Shown piece after piece: positions 1 to 12,189 of a stretch of 64,000 bases of DNA. The stretch covers positions 12,478,908 to 12,542,907 of the forward strand of contig NC_057751.1 of assembly GCF_004010195.1 (NCBI RefSeq), given 5' to 3'. Within the stretch, counting starts at the first letter, position 1. Each line of letters opens with the position of its first letter. The stretch comes from Chiloscyllium plagiosum. Taxonomy: Eukaryota. The position numbers and the translations under genes are program-made. Below the pieces are notes generated by a model. It saw only the letters and a program-made list of their open reading frames with translations. It was not told the origin of the DNA and did no database searches.

Positions 1-859
1 CAGTTATGGCATTAAAAGAGAACTCCCTTTTCATTGCAAACCAGCTGTTCAGCCTACTAAGCTAATCGACCCAAATAATTCACTCAATATAATGCTCTGT
101 ATCATGATAGGAAGCATAGCACCTTCATCCTGCATCTCCCACTCCCAATCTACCCTCTCAAGGTACATCTAGCAATAGGACCTGAGCAGGTCACTAGATT
201 AATGAAATCAAATGACCATGCTGTATCTTGATCATTACTCTCTTCGTAACCTTCTTCTATTGTAAAGCAATAAAGGTGTGAGTTGGGAAAGGATTGAAGA
301 ATGGCAATCAAATTTAACCTTCTCTGTGTCTCTGGTTAAATCACAGCTTACCTTTCTGTAGAATGTGATGATAATCTGCAGAAATAATTATTCTGTTTCA
401 ATCATGTGCACATAGACAGCAAACCTACAATCTGAAGGAAAGCACCACAGCCAAGGCCAATCCATATCAAGTCAGCGTACAAAGAAAGCTCTCATCCCTG
501 AAAGAAGAAACAGTGACACTGGCAACATGAGATAGACTGGTCTGATGCATGTTACATACTTCAAAATGGAGGTCCAGTGTGACCAGTATAGTCATTCGTA
601 GGTGTTTTCCAGATATTAGTTTCTCTTTTTAGTGAGTATTCTTCCTGCAATGCTTTTCATAACCTTAGGACATTGCAAAATACTTTACAGATAATGAAAT
701 GCTCCCTCACTCCAGTCATTGTAACACAGGTAATACTGTAGTTTCCAAACAGCAAACTCCAACAAACAAGAGCATAGGGATAAGATGATTGAGTCATTTA
801 TTTATGTGGTCGAGGAATAATGGAGGTAATGATAAAAAGTTTTGAAGAATGCAAAGGCA

Positions 860-1030
860 CTAGTGTCCATGAAGGAAGGAAATCTGCTGTCCTTACCTGA
901 TCAGGCCTGCATGTGACTCCAGACCCATAGCAATGTAATTGACTTGTCACTGTCCTCTGAGCAATTAGGGATGGGCAATAAATGCTGGCCGGTCCAATGA
1001 TGCCCACATTCCATGAACGAATGTAAAAAA
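860..1030 (+). mobile_element. SINE 3' portion sharing the tail of the 44200 LINE
   Basis: GGAAATCTGCTGTCCTTACCTG..CATGTGACTCCAGACCC..GGGATGGGCAATAAATGCTGGC; similar to 36890-37040. Confidence 0.6.
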
Positions 1031-1287
1031 ACAATTCATGTGCAGACATATGAAGGATTTGATGTTGCATCTGACAAGCAGCACCTCCTACAGTCCTGTT
1101 TTGGGACTGCACAGAAGTATCAACCGAGATTAAGTGCTGAAGCCTCTAAGGTAGTACTTGCATCCACAATATTCCAACTGGAAGAGAGCCATGACTATAA
1201 AGTGGAGGGGAATAGGTGGCGTCGAGAGAGTCACTTAGGAGAGGAATCTTGGTTGAGTTTCCCCTCCCCTCCCTTGACTGGGAATGC

Positions 1288-1436
1288 TCCACCAACTACT
1301 TGATGAAGGAGCAGTGCTCCGAAAGCTAGTGCTTCCAAATAAACCTGTTGGAGTATAACCTGGTGTTGTGTGATTTTTAACTTTGTCCACCCCACCGCCC
1401 CACCCCACCCAAGGTCCAGCACCGGCACCTCCAAAT
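1288..1436 (+). mobile_element. Short Penelope-like-derived insertion (family A) carrying a near-intact minimal hammerhead motif
   Basis: Perfect 15-bp TSD CTTGACTGGGAATGC (1273-1287, 1437-1451); contains TTGATGA-A-GGAGC-AGT-GCTCC-GAA-AGCT-A. Confidence 0.75.
1297..1331 (+). ncRNA. Minimal type-I hammerhead ribozyme-like motif (C3->U variant)
   Basis: Stem I TAC/GTG; core UUGAUGA (1300-1306) plus an extra A; stem II GGAGC/GCTCC; GAA; palindromic AGCU replacing helix III; putative cleavage after A1328. Confidence 0.55.
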
Positions 1437-1462
1437 CTTGACTGGGAATGCCATTGCCAAAA

Positions 1463-1722
1463 TGGTAGCATAGTAGCTAAACGGTTAGCCTTGCTGACTC
1501 TCAGTACTAGGGAGTAGGGTTTGAGTCCTGCCTCAGACAATTTTGTGCTTTGGAGTTTGCATATTCTTCCCCTGTCTGTGCTCCAGTTTCCTCCCACACC
1601 CCACAAAGATGTGTAGTTTAGGTGGATTGGCCATGTGAAATGCAGGGATGGGCATAGGATGCTCTTTGGAGGATCGACAATGGGCCGAATGGCCTGCTTC
1701 TACACTGCAGGGATTCTGTGGT
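1463..1722 (+). mobile_element. Degenerate V-SINE copy
   Basis: GGAGTTTGCATATTCTTCCCCTGTCTGTG..CCACAAAGATGTG..GGCCGAATGGCCTGCTTCTACACTG. Confidence 0.7.
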
Positions 1723-2233
1723 TCAACTGAGATCAGCTGAGGCAACAAGATGCCTTTTCATAATAAAAAGCTCTCAAGTTTTGTTCAAAGAATACTTAGC
1801 AGCTGCAGCTCAGCTGGAATGGAATAAAGCTTTCCCAAAAACTTTCCCTTGCATGCACCTTGAATTGATTTTTGTTCTGCCTTCTGACTCTGTTACTTTA
1901 CCCTTTGGGAAGTAAATTCATTTCTTTTATCAGATCTTACCCTTCTGGCACTGAAATTCATGTACAGCATGTTTCAAAAATAAAACACAGAACTTTCGCA
2001 ATCACCCTCGAGGAACACGTTTACAGAAAAAATTGGCAACAAAATAACAACTTCAAAAATTTTCAGGTTAATATATACAGGCAGTATGACTCCATATGAA
2101 TCTTTAATAGGAGAATGCATTACCACATTCAGCTTGTTGTATTTAGGACTACATTTTACAAGGCACTAACCATCATGTTGTGTGATAAATATTTAAGAAT
2201 TTAATAAGCTTGTCCTTGATTTCACTTTGTGCC

Positions 2234-2547
2234 AGCACGTTGGCTCAGTGGTTAGTGCTGCTGCCTCACAGCAGCAGGGACCTACATTCAATTCCAGTCT
2301 GTGTGGATTTTGCACATTCTCCACATGTCTGTGTGGGTTTCCTCTGGATGCTCCGGTTTCCCCCCACAGTCCAAAGATGTGCAGGTTAGGTGGATTGGCA
2401 ATGGTAAATTGCCCTATAGTTTCCTGTCCTGTGCAGGATGTGTGGATTAGCCATGGGGAATACAAGAGAGTGGGCTGCTCTTCGGAGGGTCGGTGGACTC
2501 GACGGGTCAAATGGCCTGCTTTCACACTGTAGGAATTCTATGATTTA
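2234..2547 (+). mobile_element. Older V-SINE copy
   Basis: tRNA-like head, V-domain and CR1-like tail, diverged from the 48887 copy. Confidence 0.8.
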
Positions 2548-5500
2548 AGGGGCAGGGGATGATGGTGTCCTGGACGGATGTTGAATACTTCTTCCAATCA
2601 AACTAGAGAATGAAAAAAAATTCAGATTTAACTTCAGTGCAGCAGTTTGTGCCAAACTGGAAGATTAGACATGTAAAGCCATCAGCACCTCGAAGTAGGG
2701 ACTTGAGTGATGTCAGAGCACAGAAGATTAATCCAGGTTGAATAAATGTTCAAGATTATGGAGTTTTGACAGAGGAGATAGGGAAAAACACTGGAGGTGT
2801 AAGATGTGAAGAGCAGTTTCCTCAACAGTCCAAGTAAAACTTATCTGACTTTTCTGAAAGCTATACACTCAGCTGCAGAGGCAGCCTTATCAATACCTTC
2901 CTCTTCTGAAACTAAGTTATAAATTGGGTGAAATTTTGCTCTGTAGTATGAGCCAGCCTTGTTTTCACAAGTTCTTCAGCAAAAAAAACTTATCTGATAC
3001 TTTAACTGAAGACTTAGACTTCCAATAAAATTGGGGCTAGAATATTTCATCCAAACATGTGAACCTGCTCATATCAGGAAACACAGATGTTATCCTCAAA
3101 CACACAACATTGTCTTTTACCCATCTGTTTAACTCCAAAGGAAATATGTAGATTACCACAGGCACAGTGTGTCCCCATCTTATCTCTGTTTTGGTGAAAA
3201 TCTGTTCCTGATAACGGTTGTTTCGTGTACAGGATGTAGAAAATTGCATTACACTGAGTCACAGAACTCTTAAGCTATACAATATTTTCTTGGCTGAGCA
3301 CAGCTGCCTAAATGCTACTGATGCCATCACTTTCAGCACCCTGCCAATACAGAGATTCCATCCCTCTCACAGTTACTTGCTCCAGATACATTGACTTTCT
3401 CATCGAAAGATTTCTCATCAAACAAGAAGCCCTGTATTCTATCAATTTCCTAGGTCACTCAGCTACACATGCTGAGCTGCAGTTCCTTAAGAATGATAAT
3501 GATGACAATCCCTTCAAGTTCTCATGTCCTGTGTTGTTGCAAACAAGTGCGTAAGTTTAGATATGGACCTGTGCAAATATTACCTATTCAATCTTGTTCA
3601 TGGCAACTTAGGTGGGAGGAGGGTGTTGACTCCAGACCAAGCATATGTCATCAGCAAGAGAAGATTTGTGTTTGCTATTAATTCTGCTGTCATACCTGAG
3701 CCACATTTAACGACTTGCTGAAGTTGCTGTGCTATTCATAAGAACTCCAAGAGGGAATGGAAGGATTCATCCATTTGGCTACAATCATAATGCACTGAGT
3801 GACTGAAAACTTCATGAGCTGACGTTATTTTGCCCATTTCATATTTATTAACAACTTAAGTGCTTTTGACTCAAATTGAGGTAATGTCCTTCCCAGCCTC
3901 CTCTAAGTGGTCAGTCTTTGCATGCTAGTTCAGATTGGCTGTTTGATTCTGAGGTGTATCATAATCAAATTCCAGCCTGTTCACAACACATTTACACACC
4001 TCCCTTTCCCATGAGAACACATCGTAAAATGATCAGGAGCAGCGAAGTTAGCTGAATGATCTTCTCTCCAGCTTAATGAATAGAAATTTGGCCAGCATCA
4101 TAAGTCAGCATGGAAGAGAACTGGTATTGTCAAGTCGAGAGTTGACAAAAGTATAGAAACGGTGCTTAAAACTGTATTCAATATATTCCATATGTGGCCC
4201 AAACTCAGCTTGCATTGATTTAACATTCATTCCTACTTTTGTATTTATGGCTTCCACAGTGTCAAGACTCCAAATCCCATCTGTCATTTTCATCACTTAT
4301 TCTATCTGTAATCTGTCTTTAGCGCACTGTGTTAATTCAACTATATATTTCTGTTGCTTTACTACTAAAGCTATATTTCCATTCATTGAATTAGTGAGTG
4401 ATAACAAATGCAGCAGGGCTGCTCTTTGGTTCATTTGCTTGTGCCAACTCTTCAGTGGAGGTATCTGGTTAGTCTGAGGGCTTTCTCCTCATAGCCCTGA
4501 AAAATTTCCCCTTCAAATATTGTTCCAATTAAAATATAGCAGGAATACGTACATACATACACACACAGACACACATATAAGGAAGCATTTCCATTGCATT
4601 TACTGCAAAATAACTATGCTCCAAACCTACATCCTCCTTATATCTCCAATCGCTTTACAACTCATTTGCTAGACCACAAAATATTTCATTTTTCACAATG
4701 AGTTTGAGTCTCTGAGCCTGGTCAGTATATATTTGAACAGGAAGGTGCCGGGGCAGGTTTTGTGAAGTAATACAAGACCAACATTCTGTCCAATCATATT
4801 CCATCAATGGTTCTGTCATCTACTTCCAATATAATATCCATGGAGACCATAATGGAGACGTATATCTGATCTCAGTATAGCAGAATGGTACTGATGGGTA
4901 AAAATAATCCTAAGCATCACTTCAAATCTATTTGTTACTTGTTTACTGATGGAGGAAGTTATCCTCTGAGCTAAGCACCATCCTGACTCAGAGCGATATT
5001 ACTGTTATTCACTGGGCCAAACTCCTGCAACTACCTTCCTCACAGCTCTTATGCAATACCGATCGTTGACAGAAGACATTGTGAATCATACTTGTGTGTA
5101 AACCAGTGTGCTACATACAGTCAACACCTAGTGTGCTTAAAGATGCACAATCTGGAGTGCACTGAAATAGTCAGGTCCAGGTGTATGAGTAACAGATGAG
5201 GGCTTCAACAATAGATGCACAGTCAATGATGCTGCCATGGTGAAATTAGTTGGTCTCAGTGATGGTATGATACATTGTTGCAAGCTCATCTTAGGATCAG
5301 ATAAAGTTGTGGATAGTCTGATTCAGCTTCAGGCAGTTGGCAGGGAGGTGTATGGAGACAGTACTTAGGGATAGTGTTTGTGGAAGCGGAACAGAGTTTG
5401 TGAAAGGGGGATGAAGTTTGTGAAGGAGACCAATGACTATGTTGGAGGGCATGTCTGCTCATTCAGTTCTGAGCATTACACAAATAGTCTGAAAGTTTAG

Positions 5501-6263
5501 AGACAGTGGAAGGTTTAAGAAGGGTAATGGTGAAAAAGAACTGCATGTCATCAGTGGTTCTTTTTCCATTTTTCATCCAAATTGCAGAGGACAAAGGGCA
5601 GGTCTTTGGGGAACATCAAAGCAAACAATGCAGGAAAGGCAAGAGAAGGCAGTACAGGTAATTCATTGGTTGTGACTGAATGGAGAAGAGTGTTAGTTGT
5701 CCCAATCAACTAGGCCTCAGTGCAGGATGATCCTTTGGCCAACTGTGTCAGAGGATGCAAACTTGGGGAAGTCTGAGGAGGAATTGTTTCCATTTATCAC
5801 TTGCACCCGATGCCATTTGTGTCTTATTTGCTCAGAACAATAGCGGGGTTGAGACCTGATTAGAAGAATTATGATGGTTTATAGCAAAGAAAAAAGAAAT
5901 CCAGAATCACAAATTTGTCAAGATGCTCCTTCTGTCAGTAAATTTTATCCATGATGATTCTGGATTCCATGCACTGTTCTCATAAAAGAGTGTCTCATTG
6001 ATTTTTTCACCTGCACTGCGATTGCATACAGCTCATGTCACATTGATCCCAATTGTTATAAAGCAAAGGTTGACTGTCTTGGAGAATAGGGTTTTACATT
6101 ATTCAGGGTTTCATAAGTCTCCAGTGATTACATGTTTCTACTTCTTGAAAAATAGCAAGAAACTCTGTTGAAGAGTTCCATGGTCATGCTGGTAAATATT
6201 AAGATGAGTACCTCTTTTTGTTGATGAGGATTGTCTCAGCAGTCTGACAGTGTTGAAAATGAG

Positions 6264-6485
6264 GAGAAAGTGAGGACTGCAGATGCTGGAGATCAGAATT
6301 GAGAGTGTGGTGCTGGAAAAGCACAGCCAGTCAGGCAGCACCTGAGGAGCAGGAGGATCAACATTTTGAGCATAACTCTTCATCCGAAATCAGGTTCACA
6401 AAGTAGAGCTTATGCTCGAAACATCGATTTTCCTGCTTCTTGGATGCTGCCTGACCAGTTGTGCTTTTCCAGCACCACACTCTTG
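6264..6485. mobile_element. Palindromic Penelope-like-derived short element (family B)
   Basis: Starts GAGAAAGTGAGGACTGCAGATGCT; inverted arms of ~85 bp; TSD AGTGTTGAAA(A/C)TGAG at 6249-6263 and 6486-6500. Confidence 0.8.
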
Positions 6486-6519
6486 AGTGTTGAAACTGAG
6501 ACAGCAGAGAGGAGACAGA

Positions 6520-7000
6520 TAGAGAGGAGCAGGAGAAGAGCACACAATGCAAAGACTCAATCCACCATTCAGTATGATCTTGGCTGCTCTTGTGGTTCAA
6601 ATGTATTTTCCTGTCTTGCTCGCCATAATCCTCAATTCCCTGAGAAATCAAAAGTCTCTCTGTCTCGGCCTTAAACATACGCAAACGTGGAGCTTCCACG
6701 AGTCTTGGAATGGAGTTCCAAATGTTCATAACCCTTTCAATGAAGCAGTTATTCATCTCAGTCTTTTATTAGTCCCTTATCCTGCAACTGTGCCCCTTTT
6801 TCTGTATTCCTCTTCCATCCAGAGGAAGCAACATTTCAACATCATATCTAAAATATTCAAGATAATGAAAGGGACAGACAATGAGATGACCTCTCATTCT
6901 TTTCAACCACAGAGAATTAGACCCATTTCAGTCAATCTGTCATCATAGGACAACTCTCTTTGTTGCCTACAATGAAGTATATCTTTTCCTAAAAATAGAG
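6520..7000 (-). mobile_element. Decayed CR1 3' end
   Basis: FIERVMNIWNSIP..MFKAETERLL resembles the CR1 ORF2 C-terminus. Confidence 0.6.
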
Positions 7001-10000
7001 ACTAAATGATGAACTTTGATAAATTTTAGTCTGGTCACCATTCTGTACAAGTATTTGAGGTAACCTGAATTTAATAGTGAAACATCCATTATCATTTTAT
7101 CTGACTGTTATTATGCTTCATCACATGCCAGACTGATGAATAGATATGGAACGCTTGGAGACTTCCAAGCAGCAACATTCTGAGACTGATGTAGTAGAGG
7201 AAATTATTTCAAGCAATTTATCTGTTTGTAACCCCTTAACAGCAGCCTACTATTATTTTCAAGTTTTATAACAACATATTATTTGGTTTAAATCATAAAC
7301 GTCAATAGGACCATTATCATAATCATTGTGTCTTCCTTGCAACTTCACTAACATTTGAAAATTACATATCAAACTAAAAGGCTGACAGACAGAGACACGT
7401 TATTACAAGATGCTGATCTATATTGTTGAACAAGTTGAAATATTCATCCTTTCCCAGAAGTCCAAACAATGTTTTGCTTCATGACATATTGCCCGAACAC
7501 CTCTCTAGTTAGGTTCCTGATTTCTTAAAGAATGATGGATGCGAAATTAGGTTCATTCATAAATCATCATTGTGCAGAACGCAGTTCTCACAATGTGTAA
7601 AGTGGTGGTTCCATATGCAGGGAACTTCAAGGCACGTCCTGACATGAGTCAAGAAGGGTGCGGTCTCTCTATTTGGAAAGACAACTGGAAGCGAACACAT
7701 TTGACATTTCACAGGGGTTACTCACACTGAAACTGGATTTGTACTTACATTCCTTATCATTGGGGATTGATGTGGGAAGGACACAAGAAATTTGCCTGAA
7801 CAAAAATAAAATAAATAATCATTCGGTAGAACAGAATGTGAGTATTACTGATACAAGGCGCATTTTGCCAAAGCTTTTCATCTTGTTCTCAGAAGGACCT
7901 TTTGCAAGGATACACATTCAAGGCAAAACTCAACATCGATACTGAACAAGAGCAAGTGGACTCTCATTGGGAGGTGTGGACGTGTCATTTTGTGGCAACA
8001 TGAAAGATAGACAGCTATTGCTTACACAATGAAAGAAAAAAAGATGCTTTTGCTGTAAATCATTTGCAGGAATATCACAGACACACCCATGAGAAAAATC
8101 AGGGCAAATACATAAAGTAAACTTTATTTACTGAGATTCAACTATTTTTGATGTCCTTTGATTATTAGAGTGGCTTTCTCTCTCTCCACAAACACCTCAC
8201 CACCACCAGCAACAGTAACATAGATTATGCAGCATTTTGAATGGAGAATAATGTTCCAAGGCATTTTATAATTGGAGTCAGACCCAAACAGAAACGATAG
8301 ATATTAAGTCACATTGACCAATCTGTAACCAACTAGTGTCCACCATTTGTTGGTGGTTTATGGCCTTATTGACATTGCTGTCCCTTGATGGCCTGACATC
8401 CAAGTGTATTCATCCAATATCAACTCTGTTACTTTCAGTAAAATAATCTCCCTGTAGCAGCATTTCCAAAAGCTGCGTGACCTCAGTTGCAATTCTGAGA
8501 TGCACCCTGGCTTCCCACAGTGATGCAGTAACAGCACAAAATGCAGACACTCAACAAAAAAACATGAATAATAAGACATGGTTTCTTCTCAAGAAAAATC
8601 ATTTTGGTCAGGTTTTTGGATAAAGACTCTTGCATTTTTGGATCAGATATTTTGAGCACCAAATTGAAAGAAAACTCAGAGCCTCTGGTAATGCATGCAA
8701 ATACCTGTTATTTATGCGTACTTTGACAGAATACATTGACAGCCAGTTTAAACAAATGTGAATCTGTCCTCACATAATGACCATCCACACCAACTTCTGG
8801 CAACGGCTGAAAATGTTTTTTTGGAAACTGGCTAATTTTCCTTCCTATCCCAGGGGAATAAAATGTCCAATTTCAGTGATACTGTTTGCTGCCTCAGGAG
8901 AGACCATGAAGAACAGTAGGAATTGGGACTACATTTTGGGACTTGAATGTGTCCAGCTCAGTGGCTTACATTGAACCAAAGAGGAAGCAAGAAAATATGT
9001 TCCTTGCCTTAATTTCCTGCTTCCTAGTGTATTCCCAGCAGACCCACTGGTACATCAGTGAAATGATTATCCTGGATGTACAGCTTGAGGAGTTGGAATT
9101 CTATGCTCCTCCAGTTCTAGCTACTGCACATCCCTGATTTCCCATGCCCACCTAGGCATCCATATCTTTAATACCTGGGCTTCAGGCTCTTAAATTCTCC
9201 TTTCAAATCTTCCTCTGAGCCTTTGTAAAGCTCCTTTACAGTTTCCTCAACTGTGTTCTTTATCTGTGTGTCAAATCCCATCTGATAGCACTCCTGTGTG
9301 GTGCCCTAATATGTTTTGATGTGTTAAAGGCATTAAACAGATAAAAGCTTTTCTATTTAGATTCTGACATCCAATTATTCCTCTGGTGACTTAAGGCCAC
9401 TCAATAATCAGTAGGAGCAGAACCCACCCCACCCTCCCTGACCCGCCAAATGCAGCTGATTCCCCATCTCTCCCCAGCTCCCCCACCCCTCATCCAACAG
9501 TAGATGAGTCTGCTATATTCTGCACGCAACCCTCGATCAGGGCTGGGACTTCCTTGGTTCGCATCACTTAGGACAAGACTGTGTGGTGTCCTTGCCAACT
9601 AAAGCACTGAGAGGTTATAAGTTGACAATGCAAGATGAACAGATGTGAGACAGACAGTAGAACAAAGGGCAAAGTGAATCTAAAGTACTGCTTAACGGCA
9701 AGAACATTTATCAATTGCTGTTCCAAACTGATTCTTATCAGTATTTCAATGCTTATTATTTGTCCTTCGAAATTATGTTGCACAGGACAGTGAAAATGTT
9801 ATCAATATAAACATGATAAAGTAAATTTGAACAGTTTAGGCACACCCTGGGGCATTCATATATAACTTACTGGAACTAATTCTACTTAAGCACTAAGCTC
9901 AGCATGAGCAGGAGCAAAGCAGCAGACTCTGCATCAACAGTGCCACCTCAGGCCAGTCAATGAGACCTACAGCTAATGTACACAAGAATCTCAAACAGCA

Positions 10001-10933
10001 AAATTATCAAAATGCGTTCAGGCTCTGGGCAATGGAAATGCATTCACTCTTCACTCACACTCTTTCCCAGCCTTCCACCTTGTTTTCTTTGTGGATTAAG
10101 ATCCAACCCATGCATCTGAGCTAGGAACATGACTTGAAGGGAGCAGCTGCTGTAACATTGTCACAATGCAGTTTTCAATTCTGTGCATACAGCAACAGCA
10201 GCCTCCTCAGCCAGTTATCATCTCACGGCGTAAAACTGAAGGGACGTCTTTTGCCACATTCTGACTGCTTTGTTGCAGCTAGCAATGCATATCAATTTTA
10301 AGCCAGAAAGATAACAGAAGAAATCAAATCTCCCAATTTTGGAAAAGTTGCAGGTTCATTTATGAACCATGATTTTTATCTGCAATCCAATGCTAGTTTC
10401 AGTGGACACTTGTTGTGTAACTGTTGCTTTTGAATCTGAAGGCCTTGTCCCTGCTGCTTGCAAATCACATCAGCGGCTCACCCAGAAGGAAAAACCATTA
10501 AGATTGCAAATGATGCCTGCTGGTCCAACTCGTCTCCATAACTTAAATGGACCTCCAGTACACTCATTTACAAGAATGATTGTCTTTTTTATTGCTTTTC
10601 TCTTTGGCTGACTCAAAGACTCAGCTGATTGAACTGGGTCAATTGAACTAGACAGATGAAGAAAAGGCTTCCAACCAGGCCTGCATTGACCAAACGTCCC
10701 AGTTATACAGGGACTGCAAGGCTTTTTCTTAGGAATCCCTGTGTTCTGAGAGTTTCCTCCAGAGCGCAGAAATGTTCAGGTTTTCTCCTCTGCTGAGTCC
10801 CTGCCCATCTCAGGCAATTAACCCTCATGCTGCGCTACACCTGCCAACCAGGCACAGCCCATTTGATGTCTGCTTTCGCTGGGGGAACCTTCTAGGAATT
10901 GACTTTAACAAGACAATAATATTTAAAATTGTA

Positions 10934-11942
10934 GTAACAAAGTCAGACCAGTGGGCCTCATAGAATTTGAGTTCCCTGATTGGGGCTGTTAACCGGAAAC
11001 AATCAGGAAGCCCTGGCTGACAGATATTAACCGGAGTTTCGGGGATTCTGCTCTCTCTATGTAAAGAGTCAGCCAGCTGGAGTGGTGATGGAAGAGGTCA
11101 CATTACAGCAAATACAGTGGTGAGAGAGAAGTCTGTGTACAGCTGTACTTCATGGCTGGAGTCAGCTATTACGAGGGGGCATAGCTTTAAATTAAGGGGT
11201 GGTTGGTATAGGACAGATGTTAGGGGTAGATTCTTTACTCAGCGAGTCGTGAGTTCATGGATTGCCCTGCCAGTAGCAGTGGTGGACTCTCCCTCTTTAT
11301 GGGCATTTAAACGGGCATTGGATAGGCATATGGAGGATAGTGGGTTAGTGTAGGTTAGGTGGGCTTGGATCAGCACAACATCGAGGGCCAAAGGGCCTGT
11401 ACTGCGCTGTATTTTTCTATGTTCTATGATGGAAATTGTGGGCATGGTGTTCAATAAAAAAAGATAACTTTTCCAATTGGTTAGCCTCTAACCATCTCTC
11501 AGAGCAAAGGCACAAGCTCTTCCAAGTCACATCATTATGGTGACAACCCCAAAGAATCTCACTTGAAGTCAGGAGGCAGAAAAGGCCTGGAATTTTTGAC
11601 TCAAGCAAAATCAGTGAGCCAAGCTAACTGGATATGACCATCAGGCCCGGATGGATTGTGCAGTTCTTGAGTTATTGAACACACTGTCTCTCATGGAGAG
11701 CCGAAGCAATATTAAATGATCTTTGGAAATTATGCCATATAATTGTATGTAGGGTGAGTTTTATAAGGTGGTTAGAGTTTAACTTGCGAAGTGACACGTC
11801 AATCAATCATAATTGTCTGTCTGTAGCTTGAATCAATATATTTGGGATAGATAAAAATTCTTGTTAAGTGCAAAACTTGGATTTTTGTCAACCTATGTTT
11901 GAAAGGTATGTAACTTTTAGAAAGTCTTTTAGTTTTGTGACA
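10934..11942 (+). mobile_element. Possible decayed solo LTR, interrupted by the CR1 tail at 11155
   Basis: GTAACA...TGTGACA ends and CAAT/TATA-like motifs near 10980-11030; no clear TSD. Confidence 0.3.
11155..11427 (+). mobile_element. CR1 LINE 3' end
   Basis: TRGHSFKL..RFFTQRVVSSW; TCTATGTTCTATG tail. Confidence 0.8.
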
Positions 11943-12189
11943 ACTCCATCAAAAGCAGGGCTTGATTTTGATTGCATTTCCACAGTGATGTGTAATAGCG
12001 TTTAAAATCAGATAAATAGCTCAGTGTGATCATCCTGCTCTACATTGGCAGCATTTTCTCTTTGTTGCAGATTTTTCACACATTTATTTCTGCAAACCAT
12101 CATGATGCTTGATGCTTTCATTTCCGAACTGTCCACATAATCTTTTATGGAAACGTTCTTTCATTTTACCCCAATCTTCAAAGTGGAGC

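Noticed and set aside
6264..6485. Family B as a DNA-transposon MITE or a miRNA gene
   Set aside because: Termini are not inverted repeats of each other, TSDs are long and variable, and there is no miRNA evidence from sequence alone.
7855..7900. Possible further decayed hammerhead motif (minus strand GTC-CTTCTGA..TGAAAAGCTT)
   Set aside because: Core too degenerate and no TSD identified.
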